A stretch of 64,000 nucleotides of DNA from Dehalococcoidia bacterium (GTDB lineage: Bacteria; Chloroflexota; Dehalococcoidia; UBA6926), in NCBI GenBank assembly GCA_963666115.2, contig CAXXET010000004.1:256001-320000 (forward strand), in the 5' to 3' direction. Made by a program: the position numbers and the translations under genes. Numbering within the stretch: position 1 is the first letter of the stretch; each line of letters begins with the position of its first letter. Below, one piece after another: positions 48,883 through 57,535 of this stretch. The notes below the pieces were generated by a model. It had not been told where the DNA came from. It worked only from the letters and a program-made list of their open reading frames with translations, and did not search any database.

Positions 48883-49757
48883 TGGGAGTGACGGAGCGGG
48901 TTGGCGCGGGTGGGTTTGTTGATATTCATTGCCATGTTTTGCCGGGGATAGACGATGGGGCGCGGGATCGGGCCGAGGCGGTGGAGATGGTCCACATGGC
49001 GCATGAGCAGGGCACGGTCACCATCGTCACGACACCCCACAATTTTCCCCGCTCGCACCAGACTGTCCTCGAGGAATCGCGGCATCGAATAGGATTGTTG
49101 AGGCGGGCGGCGGCGGAACGCGACCTGAACGTCGATCTGCTGACTGGGCAGGAGATACGCATCACGCGGGGACTGACACAGCAGTTGGAGTCAGGGAACG
49201 GGGCGACGATCAACGCGACGCGGTACGTGCTGGCGGAGCCGCCGTTCAATTCAATGCCGGACTATGTTGAGGAGGAGATTACGTCGATCATTTCTCTCGG
49301 CTACCGGCCGGTGTTGGCGCATCCTGAGCGTAATACGATCATCCAGCGCGATCCCGACATTGTGCGGCGGTTGATCGGCCTCGGCGCGCTTACGCAAATG
49401 AACACCGGCAGCCTGTTTGACCACTATGGGCCCGGGTCACGCGAGGCGGGGGAATACCTGTTGCAGCAGGAGATGATCCACGTGATCGCGACGGACGCGC
49501 ACGGCTCGACCGGCCCTCGCGTGCCCAATATGCGGGCGGGGTTTGACCGGGTCGCCGAACTGACGGATGAGAGCCGCGCGTGGGCGCTGGCGCGAGACAA
49601 CCCGTTGGCCATCACGGAAGAGCGGGAGATACCGTACAGGCCGGCGGGTTTGTGCAGCCGGTGCGGGAATGAGACAGCGGCGCGGGAGTTGGCGGCGTCC
49701 GGGGGACGGTGCGAGTGGTGCCGTTCGGTAGACGAGGTGCCTTGGGAGGAGGATTAG
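48882..49757 (+). CDS. CpsB/CapC (YwqE) PHP-family tyrosine phosphatase
   Basis: DIHCHVLPGIDDG, TPH, AHPERN, TDAH; extra C-terminal CxxC..CxxC. Confidence 0.88.
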   Translation: MGVTERVGAGGFVDIHCHVLPGIDDGARDRAEAVEMVHMAHEQGTVTIVTTPHNFPRSHQTVLEESRHRIGLLRRAAAERDLNVDLLTGQEIRITRGLTQQLESGNGATINATRYVLAEPPFNSMPDYVEEEITSIISLGYRPVLAHPERNTIIQRDPDIVRRLIGLGALTQMNTGSLFDHYGPGSREAGEYLLQQEMIHVIATDAHGSTGPRVPNMRAGFDRVAELTDESRAWALARDNPLAITEEREIPYRPAGLCSRCGNETAARELAASGGRCEWCRSVDEVPWEED

Positions 49758-50665
49758 GCGAGGGTTAGCCAGTGGGCGTATTGGTCACGTTCGCCTTTTA
49801 CTACTTCGAAGTAGAGTTTTTGGAGTTCGGCGGTGATGGGGCCGATTCCGCCGCTGCCAATGGGCCTGCCGTCCACCTCGGTAACGGGCGTGACGTGGGC
49901 GGCGGTGCCCGTCATGAATAGCTCGTCGGTCACGTAGACCTCGGTCTTGGGGATGGTTCGTTCCTCGACGCGCAGCCCAAGAACGTCACGCGCCAGTTCC
50001 ATGACGGTGTTCCGCGTGATGCCGTCAAGGATGCCGTCGGTCTGCGGCGGGGTGCTGATAACCCCGTCCTCGATCAGGAAGATGTTCTCGCCGCTGCCCT
50101 CGGATATATTGCCGTCGTCGGTCAGGAGGATCGCCTCATCGTACCCGCGCCAGACGGCTTCGCTCTTGGCCATGCTGTTGGCGACGTACATGCCGGTGAC
50201 CTTGGCGCTCGGCGGGATGACGTTGTCCTGGATGCGCGTCCAGCTTGAGAACGTGCAGCGGATTCCGGCGTCGGAGTCGAGGTAGTTGCCGAACGGGACG
50301 ATGTAGATGAGGAACTGATCGTCAAGATCGTGGATGCGGAGCCCGACGATGTCCGATGACTTGTAGGCGAGGGGGCGGATGTAGACATCCTCCTTGAAGC
50401 CGCACTGCTGCACGAGGTCAAGCGTGATTCGCTCAAAGTCGTCAAGGGAATAGGGGAGCTTGATGTTGAGCATTGCGCAGGAACGGAGAAGGCGCGCGTA
50501 GTGCTCCCGCACGCGGAACAGGTACATCTGCTCCTGGTCGGGGTTCCAGTTGCCGCGGATGCCCTCAAAGACGCCGGTGCCGTAGTTGAATGCGTGGGTG
50601 ACGACGCTGATTTTGGCCTCCTCAAGCGGGACGACTTTCCCTTCGAAGAAGGCTAGTGATGGCAT
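49754..50665 (-). CDS. ilvE: branched-chain amino acid aminotransferase
   Basis: YGTGVFEGIR, YIRP, AKVTGMY, EGSGEN, LDGITR, TGTAA. Confidence 0.95.
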   Translation of the reverse strand: MPSLAFFEGKVVPLEEAKISVVTHAFNYGTGVFEGIRGNWNPDQEQMYLFRVREHYARLLRSCAMLNIKLPYSLDDFERITLDLVQQCGFKEDVYIRPLAYKSSDIVGLRIHDLDDQFLIYIVPFGNYLDSDAGIRCTFSSWTRIQDNVIPPSAKVTGMYVANSMAKSEAVWRGYDEAILLTDDGNISEGSGENIFLIEDGVISTPPQTDGILDGITRNTVMELARDVLGLRVEERTIPKTEVYVTDELFMTGTAAHVTPVTEVDGRPIGSGGIGPITAELQKLYFEVVKGERDQYAHWLTLA

Positions 50666-50745
50666 TGGGCGTTTCTCCTACTGGTGATGCGGCTGCGGGT
50701 ACTGGTCAGTTTATCGCAGTTGGATTGGGGGCGGCAATTGAGCGG

Positions 50746-51378
50746 TTAGCGGCGGCGGTCTGCGAGTTCTGCGGCGACTTCATCGAGGGATACGCCGGCG
50801 TCTTCGAGGAGGATTGTGAGGTGGTAGAGGAGGTCGGCGGCCTCGGCGCGGACACGATCCGGGGCCTTGGCCATCGCCGCCAAAGCGGTCTCGCCGCCCT
50901 CTTCGATGACCTTTTGGGCGATGCGCTCCGTGCCGCGCTCAAAGAGCGAGGCGGTGTAGCTGCCCTCCGGCATGTCCTTCCTGCGCTGGGCGACGGTCAT
51001 GGCGAGTTCGGCAAGCGTCGCGCCGAGTTGATCCTGCGCGGCGGGCTCCAACTCCCACTCAGCGGCGTCGAAGTCCTGGTAGAAGCAGGTTTCGCTACCG
51101 GTGTGGCAGGCGGGGCCGTCCGGATTGACCCTGAGCAGGATGACATCGCCGTCGCAATCGGGGCGGATTTCGACGATGTTGAGGAAGTGGCCGGAGGTTG
51201 CGCCCTTGTGCCAGAGCTCTTGCCGCGAGCGGCTATAGAACCATGCCTGGCCGGATTCGATAGTGCGCGTGAGAGATTCGTGGTTCATGTAGGCGACCAT
51301 GAGGACGGCGCCGGTGCGGGCGTCCTGGGCGATGGCGGGGATGAGGGCTTTTTCATTGAGTACGAGTTGGGTTGGCAT
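50746..51378 (-). CDS. hisIE: bifunctional phosphoribosyl-AMP cyclohydrolase/phosphoribosyl-ATP diphosphatase
   Basis: [38 protein letters not shown]. Confidence 0.95.
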   Translation of the reverse strand: MPTQLVLNEKALIPAIAQDARTGAVLMVAYMNHESLTRTIESGQAWFYSRSRQELWHKGATSGHFLNIVEIRPDCDGDVILLRVNPDGPACHTGSETCFYQDFDAAEWELEPAAQDQLGATLAELAMTVAQRRKDMPEGSYTASLFERGTERIAQKVIEEGGETALAAMAKAPDRVRAEAADLLYHLTILLEDAGVSLDEVAAELADRRR

Positions 51379-51427
51379 GGGGTCTTCTCCTCTGTTCAGT
51401 GACGGGAGGCTCACTCAATTGTAGGGG

Positions 51428-52213
51428 TTAGAGGGCGGGGAGGGTTTTGGAGGCGACGATGTCTACGAGGCCGAGGAGGTTGGTGATTTCGTGGTCGGGG
51501 GTTGCCGGAACGTCCCTCGGCCAGTCCGCGCCGGCACGGTTTAGCCAGACGGCGGGGATGCCGGCCATCTGCGGGCCCTGGACATCCTCCTTTGGAGTAT
51601 CGCCGACGTAGATTGCCTGGGACGGGTCATCGATGCCGAACGCAGCGAGGGCGGTTTCAAAGATGCGGGGGTGGGGCTTGTAGACGCGCACGCCTTCGGA
51701 ATGGATGACGTGGTCGAACGCCAGGCCGTGCGTCGCGATTGTGCCGTGCAGGTATTCGTGGTCGGCGTTGCTGACGATGGCGAGCGGGACGCGGGCGCGC
51801 AGGGCTTCAAGAGCCGGGGTAACGTCACGATACATTCCCCTTGCCTTTAGATCATCGTAGAACATGCCGATGGCACCGGGAATGTAGGCGGGGTCCAGGC
51901 CGAGTTCGGTTGAGGCGAGTTCAAAGGCATTGCGCCAGGCTTCGCGGTAGGGCGTGAATTGATCAGGGGGCGGGGCGTCCCATTGGCCATCGCCATCGAG
52001 CCAGACACGGGACTGGCGGAACGCGGTTTCATGCACGCGCCAGCGTTTCAGCAGGGTTTCGGAGTCGACGGGAATGTTAAACCGCTCGACGATTTCGGCA
52101 AAGATGCGGGACAGGAGACGCGGCTCGTAGTGGAAGAGCGTGCCGTAGGCGTCAAGGAGAACGGCGCGAAGCCGGAATCGTGAGCGGCGGCGGGGTCGGC
52201 CTGGAGGGTTCAC
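51428..52213 (-). CDS. HAD-family hydrolase
   Basis: [19 protein letters not shown]...D. Confidence 0.9.
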   Translation of the reverse strand: MNPPGRPRRRSRFRLRAVLLDAYGTLFHYEPRLLSRIFAEIVERFNIPVDSETLLKRWRVHETAFRQSRVWLDGDGQWDAPPPDQFTPYREAWRNAFELASTELGLDPAYIPGAIGMFYDDLKARGMYRDVTPALEALRARVPLAIVSNADHEYLHGTIATHGLAFDHVIHSEGVRVYKPHPRIFETALAAFGIDDPSQAIYVGDTPKEDVQGPQMAGIPAVWLNRAGADWPRDVPATPDHEITNLLGLVDIVASKTLPAL

Positions 52214-53082
52214 GCTCCCGCGCTCGCGTTCAGCCGGACGGGGACGTTTTGGCTTCGCATGTAGTCCTTGACCTGGGCGATTGTGTATTCGCCGTAGTGG
52301 AAGATGCTTGCGGCGAGCGCGGCGTCCGCCCCGCCCTGGACGGCCTCACACATGTGCTCCACGCCGCCCGCGCCGCCGGAGGCGATGACGGGGATGGTGA
52401 CGGCGTCCGCGACTGCGCGAATGAGTTCGAGATCATAACCGGACTTGGTGCCGTCGGAGTCGATGCTGTTGAGGACGACCTCGCCGACGCCGAGTTCTGC
52501 CGCGTAGATGGTCCATTTGAGGGCATCGATGCCTGCGGCACGGCCGCCATCGGCGCCGGTGTGGGTGCGGACTTCCCAGCGGGTGGATTCGTCAAAGGCG
52601 ATGGGGGATGTGGAGGGGGGAGGATTCTTCGCTGCGCTCAGAATGACAGGGTCGGGATTGATGCGACGGGGGTGGGGGTTGATGCGGCGGGCGTCCATGC
52701 CGAGGACGATGCACTGGCTGCCGAACTGTGCGGCGGACTCACGGATGAGTTCCGGGTTCTGGACGGCGGCGGTGTTGATGCTGACCTTGTCCGCGCCGGC
52801 GTTGAGCATTGTCCGGACATCTTCGACTGAGCGGATGCCGCCGCCGACGGTGAGGGGGATATAGACTTCTTCGGCGACGCGTCGGACAACATCGAGCATG
52901 ATGGCACGCCCGTCCGAGGAGGCCGTGATGTCGTAGAAGACGAGTTCATCCGCGCCCTGCTCATCGTAGAAGCGGGCGAGTTCGACGGGGTCGCCGGCGT
53001 CGCGGTGGTCCCGGAAACGGACGCCTTTGACAACACGTCCGCCCTTGACGTCGAGGCATGGGATGATTCTGCGAGAGAGCAT
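52210..53082 (-). CDS. hisF: imidazole glycerol phosphate synthase cyclase subunit (with in-frame REP insertion)
   Basis: [39 protein letters not shown]. Confidence 0.96.
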   Translation of the reverse strand: MLSRRIIPCLDVKGGRVVKGVRFRDHRDAGDPVELARFYDEQGADELVFYDITASSDGRAIMLDVVRRVAEEVYIPLTVGGGIRSVEDVRTMLNAGADKVSINTAAVQNPELIRESAAQFGSQCIVLGMDARRINPHPRRINPDPVILSAAKNPPPSTSPIAFDESTRWEVRTHTGADGGRAAGIDALKWTIYAAELGVGEVVLNSIDSDGTKSGYDLELIRAVADAVTIPVIASGGAGGVEHMCEAVQGGADAALAASIFHYGEYTIAQVKDYMRSQNVPVRLNASAGA

Positions 53083-53200
53083 GGTGGTTCCATTGTAGCG
53101 GGGTATTGTGGGGGATGGGGGCTGCTTGGATAGAAGCGGCAGTCTGTTGTGCGTTTGCTTGAGCGAGAGGCTAGCCTACGATTCGAGCTCCGCAGGGATG

Positions 53201-54082
53201 TCAGCGACCATAAATGGCCAGGTCTCGTTCGATCTCTTCGAGGATGTCGCTGACCGTAAAACTCGACCAGGTCCATTCGCTAGTCTGCAACGACTCCGAC
53301 CACCTGATCTCTTCGAGGGTCCACAACATATATGGTCCGGGAACGAGGGACCGACTGGCGATAGCTGCGTCCGTAACAGGATGCCAACCCGGTGAAATTG
53401 AGAATTCTGACTGGTTTAACTCCGAATCTGAACCTGCCAAGTAATTCAACCGTGACTCGATAGGGGTATTCCGAACGAAGGTGTTTACGTTCCCTGCTCC
53501 GGTCACGTTGTAACGATCCAACGCTGGAAGTTGTTCCAGGAACAGAATCGCCTCCCGATCAGCCCATCGCGAATCTCTTTCAGAAAGCATTTCCTCCGCC
53601 CGGCTTTGAGCCACAGCCTCAGTTGCGTGCCACCAATCGTCATAGACGGTAACGGTGATCTGCTGTCCACTCGTCCCCTTTAGAGTTTCAATTACATCGA
53701 ACGTCAACTCGAGTTTCGGATGGTATGTAAATTTCGGCCATAGTTCGCCGCTTCTGGATTTTTCGACGCTCGCCTTGGCCGAGCTGAATCTTGCGCGCAT
53801 TATGATCTCTGCGCTATATACTTGCCAGTCCAATGATGGGGGCGTATCACTAATATTCGTGTGAGTTAAATCATGAGGTCGGTAAAAGCTTGGAAGAGAT
53901 CCCCTAGCAGGTCCCAAATCGGAAGGCAAAGGTATTATCTCGGGAGAGTCTGGCGTTGGGGAGGGTGTAGGTGTATCGCTCTCAACTAAAGAGCATCCGG
54001 CTATCAGCACGGCTGCGACGATGGCCAGCACGGACAGCATGGACAAGAGCAATGCTGCCAGCAGGGGGGTTCGTGTCATCAT
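53201..54082 (-). CDS. hypothetical lipoprotein, paralogue 3
   Basis: LIAGC lipobox; shares YHPKLELTF, GQQITVTVY, REAILF, ESRLNY, SPGWHP with paralogues 1 and 2. Confidence 0.8.
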   Translation of the reverse strand: MMTRTPLLAALLLSMLSVLAIVAAVLIAGCSLVESDTPTPSPTPDSPEIIPLPSDLGPARGSLPSFYRPHDLTHTNISDTPPSLDWQVYSAEIIMRARFSSAKASVEKSRSGELWPKFTYHPKLELTFDVIETLKGTSGQQITVTVYDDWWHATEAVAQSRAEEMLSERDSRWADREAILFLEQLPALDRYNVTGAGNVNTFVRNTPIESRLNYLAGSDSELNQSEFSISPGWHPVTDAAIASRSLVPGPYMLWTLEEIRWSESLQTSEWTWSSFTVSDILEEIERDLAIYGR

Positions 54083-54145
54083 GGCGCCTCTGGTGTCAGT
54101 ATACGCGGGAGGATGACTGTCGGGGGTGGTCATCCTTCGACAAGC

Positions 54146-54868
54146 TCAGGGTGACATGGCTGCGCTGATTGCGTCCGGGAGGGTGATGTCTTCGGTGTAG
54201 AGGGCGCGGCCTATTATTACTGCTTCTACGTCTGTGGCGGCGAGGGCGCGGATGTCATCGAGGGTGGTGACGCCGCCGGAGGCGATGACCGGGATGGGGG
54301 CGACGGCCTCCGCGAAACCCTGCATCGCTTCGACGTTGACACCCTGCATGGCGCCGTCGCGCGAGATGTCCGTGTGGATGAAGCGGCGAGCGCCATCATT
54401 GGCGAGACGTTGAGCCAACTCAATGGTGTCGACGCCTGAGTCCTCTGTCCATCCGCGGACGGCGACGCGGCCATCGCGGGCATCGAGGCCGACGGCTATG
54501 CGGTCGCCGTACTTGTCACAGGCTTGGCGGACGAGTTCGGGATCGGTGACGGCGACGGTGCCGAGGATTACGCGGTCAATGCCGGCGTCGATGAGGGCAT
54601 CGATATCTTTCATGGAGCGGACGCCGCCGCCGAGTTGGACGGGGACGGTGACGGCATTGGCGATGGAGGCGGCGAGCCGGGCCTGCCCCGTGCTGCCCTC
54701 TCGCGCGCCATCGAGGTCAACGAGGTGAATGCGCCCGCCGCCCTGCTCTTCCCATCTGCGGGCGACGGCTGCGGGATCATCATCGAAGACGGTCTCGCGG
54801 TCATAGTCGCCCTGGACGAGGCGGACGGCTTTGCCGTTGCGGAGGTCTATCGCAGGAATTATTTCCAT
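54146..54868 (-). CDS. hisA: ProFAR isomerase
   Basis: IIPAIDL, VRLVQG, HLVDLDGA, GGG, TDISRDG, ASGG. Confidence 0.96.
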   Translation of the reverse strand: MEIIPAIDLRNGKAVRLVQGDYDRETVFDDDPAAVARRWEEQGGGRIHLVDLDGAREGSTGQARLAASIANAVTVPVQLGGGVRSMKDIDALIDAGIDRVILGTVAVTDPELVRQACDKYGDRIAVGLDARDGRVAVRGWTEDSGVDTIELAQRLANDGARRFIHTDISRDGAMQGVNVEAMQGFAEAVAPIPVIASGGVTTLDDIRALAATDVEAVIIGRALYTEDITLPDAISAAMSP

Positions 54869-54899
54869 CATCAATTCCAGACTGTCTATACCCTCGCCG

Positions 54900-55529
54900 T
54901 TAGATCGCCCAATTGAAGAAGTCGCGGTAGAGAGCGAGGCCGGGCCTGCCGCTCTTCTCCGGGTGGAATTGCGTGGCGATGAGCTTGTCGCGCGCGACAA
55001 CGCTGGCGAAGGGGCCGCCATAGTCGGTCACGCCGAGGGCCATGTTCCCGGCGGCGGGGCGGACGTAGTAGCTGTGGACGAAATAGAACTGGTAGTTGGG
55101 GGGGATGTTGGCGGCGGCGGGGTGGTCACGAGTGAAGGCGACATCGTTCCAGCCCATGTGGGGGACGGTCAGGCTCCGGTCGAAACGGAGAACTTCACCG
55201 GGGATGAGGCCGAGGCATTGGGGGGCGTCGCCCTCTTCCGAGCGTTCGAAGAGAAGTTGGAGACCAAGGCAGACGCCGAAGAAAGGAGTTTCGCGGGCGA
55301 TGATGTCCTGGAGGGCGGCGTCCATGCCGGCGGCGCGGAGTCGTTGCATGGCGGGGCCTGCGATGCCCTGCCCCGGAAAGACGATGCCGTCCGCGCCGCG
55401 GAGATCGGCGGGCTTGTCTGTGACGCTGGGGCGAAAGCCGACGGTTTCGAGGGCTTTGGCAACGGAGCGGAGGTTGCCCGCGCCATAGTCGACGACCGCG
55501 ATGAGGGGGGCTGCGGCGTTACTGCTCAC
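54900..55529 (-). CDS. hisH: imidazole glycerol phosphate synthase glutaminase subunit
   Basis: DYGAGNLRSV, GVCLGLQ, PHMGWN, YFVHSY, QFHPEKS. Confidence 0.96.
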   Translation of the reverse strand: MSSNAAAPLIAVVDYGAGNLRSVAKALETVGFRPSVTDKPADLRGADGIVFPGQGIAGPAMQRLRAAGMDAALQDIIARETPFFGVCLGLQLLFERSEEGDAPQCLGLIPGEVLRFDRSLTVPHMGWNDVAFTRDHPAAANIPPNYQFYFVHSYYVRPAAGNMALGVTDYGGPFASVVARDKLIATQFHPEKSGRPGLALYRDFFNWAI

Positions 55530-56082
55530 CGGTCAGAAGCTCCATGGGCAAGGCGCGGTCCTGGTAGCGGGCAAGGATGAAGAGGAGATCGGCGGCGCGG
55601 TTGAGGTACGGGATGACGAGGGAGTCCTGGCGGAGATAGCCGTCCTGCATGAGGCCGACTGCGCGCCGTTCGGCGCTGCGGAGCGTGGAGCGGGCGAGAT
55701 CGAGGGCGGCAGAAGCAGGAGTCGCGCCGGGGATGATGAATGCGCGCGGCAACTCAAACGATTCCTGCAAGCTGTCTATGAGGACTTCGAGGGCATCGAC
55801 GTCCTCCTGGGTGACAGGCGAGAAGTGCTTGAGGAAGGTTTGAAAGTAGTTAACGTCGGTGGCGAGTTCGGCGCCGACGGTGAACAGTTCTCGCTGGAGG
55901 GCGATGGCGATTTCGCGGACGCGCTCGTCCTCGGAATGGCTGCGTCCCAGTCCGATGGCTGAGACGGCCTCATCGACGGTTCCGTAGGCTTCGGCGCGCG
56001 GGTCGTTCTTGGGGACGCGGCCGCCGTAGAGGAGGCCGGTCTCTCCCTTGTCGCCGTAGCGGGTGTAGACGTTGGGTGCCAT
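55519..56082 (-). CDS. PduO-type ATP:cob(I)alamin adenosyltransferase
   Basis: YTRYGDKGET, AYGTVDE, RSAER, YLNRAADLLF. Confidence 0.9.
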   Translation of the reverse strand: MAPNVYTRYGDKGETGLLYGGRVPKNDPRAEAYGTVDEAVSAIGLGRSHSEDERVREIAIALQRELFTVGAELATDVNYFQTFLKHFSPVTQEDVDALEVLIDSLQESFELPRAFIIPGATPASAALDLARSTLRSAERRAVGLMQDGYLRQDSLVIPYLNRAADLLFILARYQDRALPMELLTGEQ

Positions 56083-56121
56083 GTTCGTAGTGTAGCGCAG
56101 GCGGGGGGAGGATGTAGAAAG

Positions 56122-56149
56122 TTGACAATGGTGTTGTTAGGGGTATGAT
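56122..56149 (+). promoter_or_regulatory. sigma70-type promoter of dnaJ-hspR-clp operon
   Basis: TTGACA-N16-TATGAT. Confidence 0.6.
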
Positions 56150-56162
56150 GAATGCGTTGGTA

Positions 56163-56208
56163 GATTCTTCGCTACGCTCAGAATGACATATGGGCGCTCA
56201 GAATGACA
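56163..56208. repeat. REP-like family B full + partial copy
   Basis: GATTCTTCGCTACGCTCAGAATGACA-TATGG-GCGCTCAGAATGACA. Confidence 0.85.
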
Positions 56209-56264
56209 GTCGGGCCATGAATGACAGGGGCACGGCGAGGGCAGCGGTGGTGAGGGCCGGTGAA

Positions 56265-57203
56265 ATGGCAGGGACGGATTATTACGGGACGCTTGGGGTT
56301 TCGCGGGCGGCTTCTGAGAAGGAGATCAAGTCGGCGTTTCGTCGGCTTGCGCGGCAGTATCATCCTGACGTGAATCCGGGTAACGAGGACGCGGAACAGC
56401 GCTTCAAGGAGATCAATGAGGCGCACGAGGTCCTGGGCGACGCGGACAACCGCAAGAAGTACGACACGTACGGCGAGAACTGGATGCACGCGGGTCGCAT
56501 CGAGGAGATGCAGCAGCAGGGCGGATTCGGCACTGGGCCCGGGATGGGCGGCGCGTTCCGCTTTGGCGGCGCACAGGGCTTCAGCGGCCTGGGCGATATC
56601 CTCGGGCAGTTCTTTGGCGGGGGCGGAGGCGGAAGCGAGTCGGCATTCCGGCAGCGGCCCCAGCCTCAGCGTCCGCGCGATGTTCCCGTCGAAGTAACGC
56701 TGCACGAGGCTTTTCACGGAACGCGGCGCTCGATACGCGTGCAGGATGGCGAGGGCGGAACACGCACCATCGAGGCGCAGGTTCCGGCGGGCGTCGATAG
56801 CGGCTCCCGCGTGAGAATGAGCGGCGCAGGCCCCCGGACGCCTGCGGGCGGCAATTCCGACCTTTATCTGAAAGTAACGGTCAAGCCGGATTCGCAGTTC
56901 AGCCGCAAGGGGGCCGACCTCACGACCGAGGTCAAGGTTCCCATGCTTGACGCGCTGCTGGGCGGCGAGGTCATTGTGCCCATGATCGGCGGTTCCGGTG
57001 TGGCGCTTCGCATCCCGCCGGAGACGGACAACGGCCAGACGTTTCGCATCACGGGCAAGGGGATGCCGAAGATGCGCGGTACCGGCGCGGGCGATCTCCT
57101 TGTAAAGGTGAGCGTGACGCTGCCCAAGGGCCTGCAGGAATCCGAGCGCGAACTCTTGACACAACTGCGCGGGATGCGCGAGACGGCAGGAGGTAAGGAA
57201 TGA
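56265..57203 (+). CDS. DnaJ class B/CbpA-like chaperone (no Zn finger)
   Basis: DYYGTLGV, HPD, FKEINEAHEVL, G/F region, DnaJ_C. Confidence 0.92.
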   Translation: MAGTDYYGTLGVSRAASEKEIKSAFRRLARQYHPDVNPGNEDAEQRFKEINEAHEVLGDADNRKKYDTYGENWMHAGRIEEMQQQGGFGTGPGMGGAFRFGGAQGFSGLGDILGQFFGGGGGGSESAFRQRPQPQRPRDVPVEVTLHEAFHGTRRSIRVQDGEGGTRTIEAQVPAGVDSGSRVRMSGAGPRTPAGGNSDLYLKVTVKPDSQFSRKGADLTTEVKVPMLDALLGGEVIVPMIGGSGVALRIPPETDNGQTFRITGKGMPKMRGTGAGDLLVKVSVTLPKGLQESERELLTQLRGMRETAGGKE

Positions 57204-57535
57204 GCTTCCGCAATCCGAGTGATCCGGTGTATTCGATTCGAGTCGCGGCGCGGCTTGTCGGCCTGCACGTGCAGACGCTGCGCTATTACGAGCGCAACGG
57301 GATGGTGCAGCCGCAGCGGTCTCGCGGCAACGTGCGCTACTACAGCGATGCGGATCTGGAGCGCATTCAGAAGATCAAATCGCTCATCGATGAGCTCGGC
57401 GTGAACCTGGCCGGCGCGGAAGTGATTATGCGGATGAGCGGTCGGATGGCCGAGATGGAGCAGCGCATCAAGGACCTCGAGGGCGCGTTGGAACGGCTGA
57501 CGGGAGTGAGGGAAAACAGTCATGATGAGTCCTGA
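57200..57535 (+). CDS. hspR: HspR-like MerR-family regulator
   Basis: PVYSIRVAARLVGLHVQTLRYYER, LGVNLAG. Confidence 0.85.
   Translation: MSFRNPSDPVYSIRVAARLVGLHVQTLRYYERNGMVQPQRSRGNVRYYSDADLERIQKIKSLIDELGVNLAGAEVIMRMSGRMAEMEQRIKDLEGALERLTGVRENSHDES

Noticed and set aside
56190-56264. N-terminal extension of DnaJ (and 54083-54133, 33209-33286 for the lipoproteins)
   Set aside because: The extensions start in REP or intergenic sequence; downstream ATGs match the family starts.
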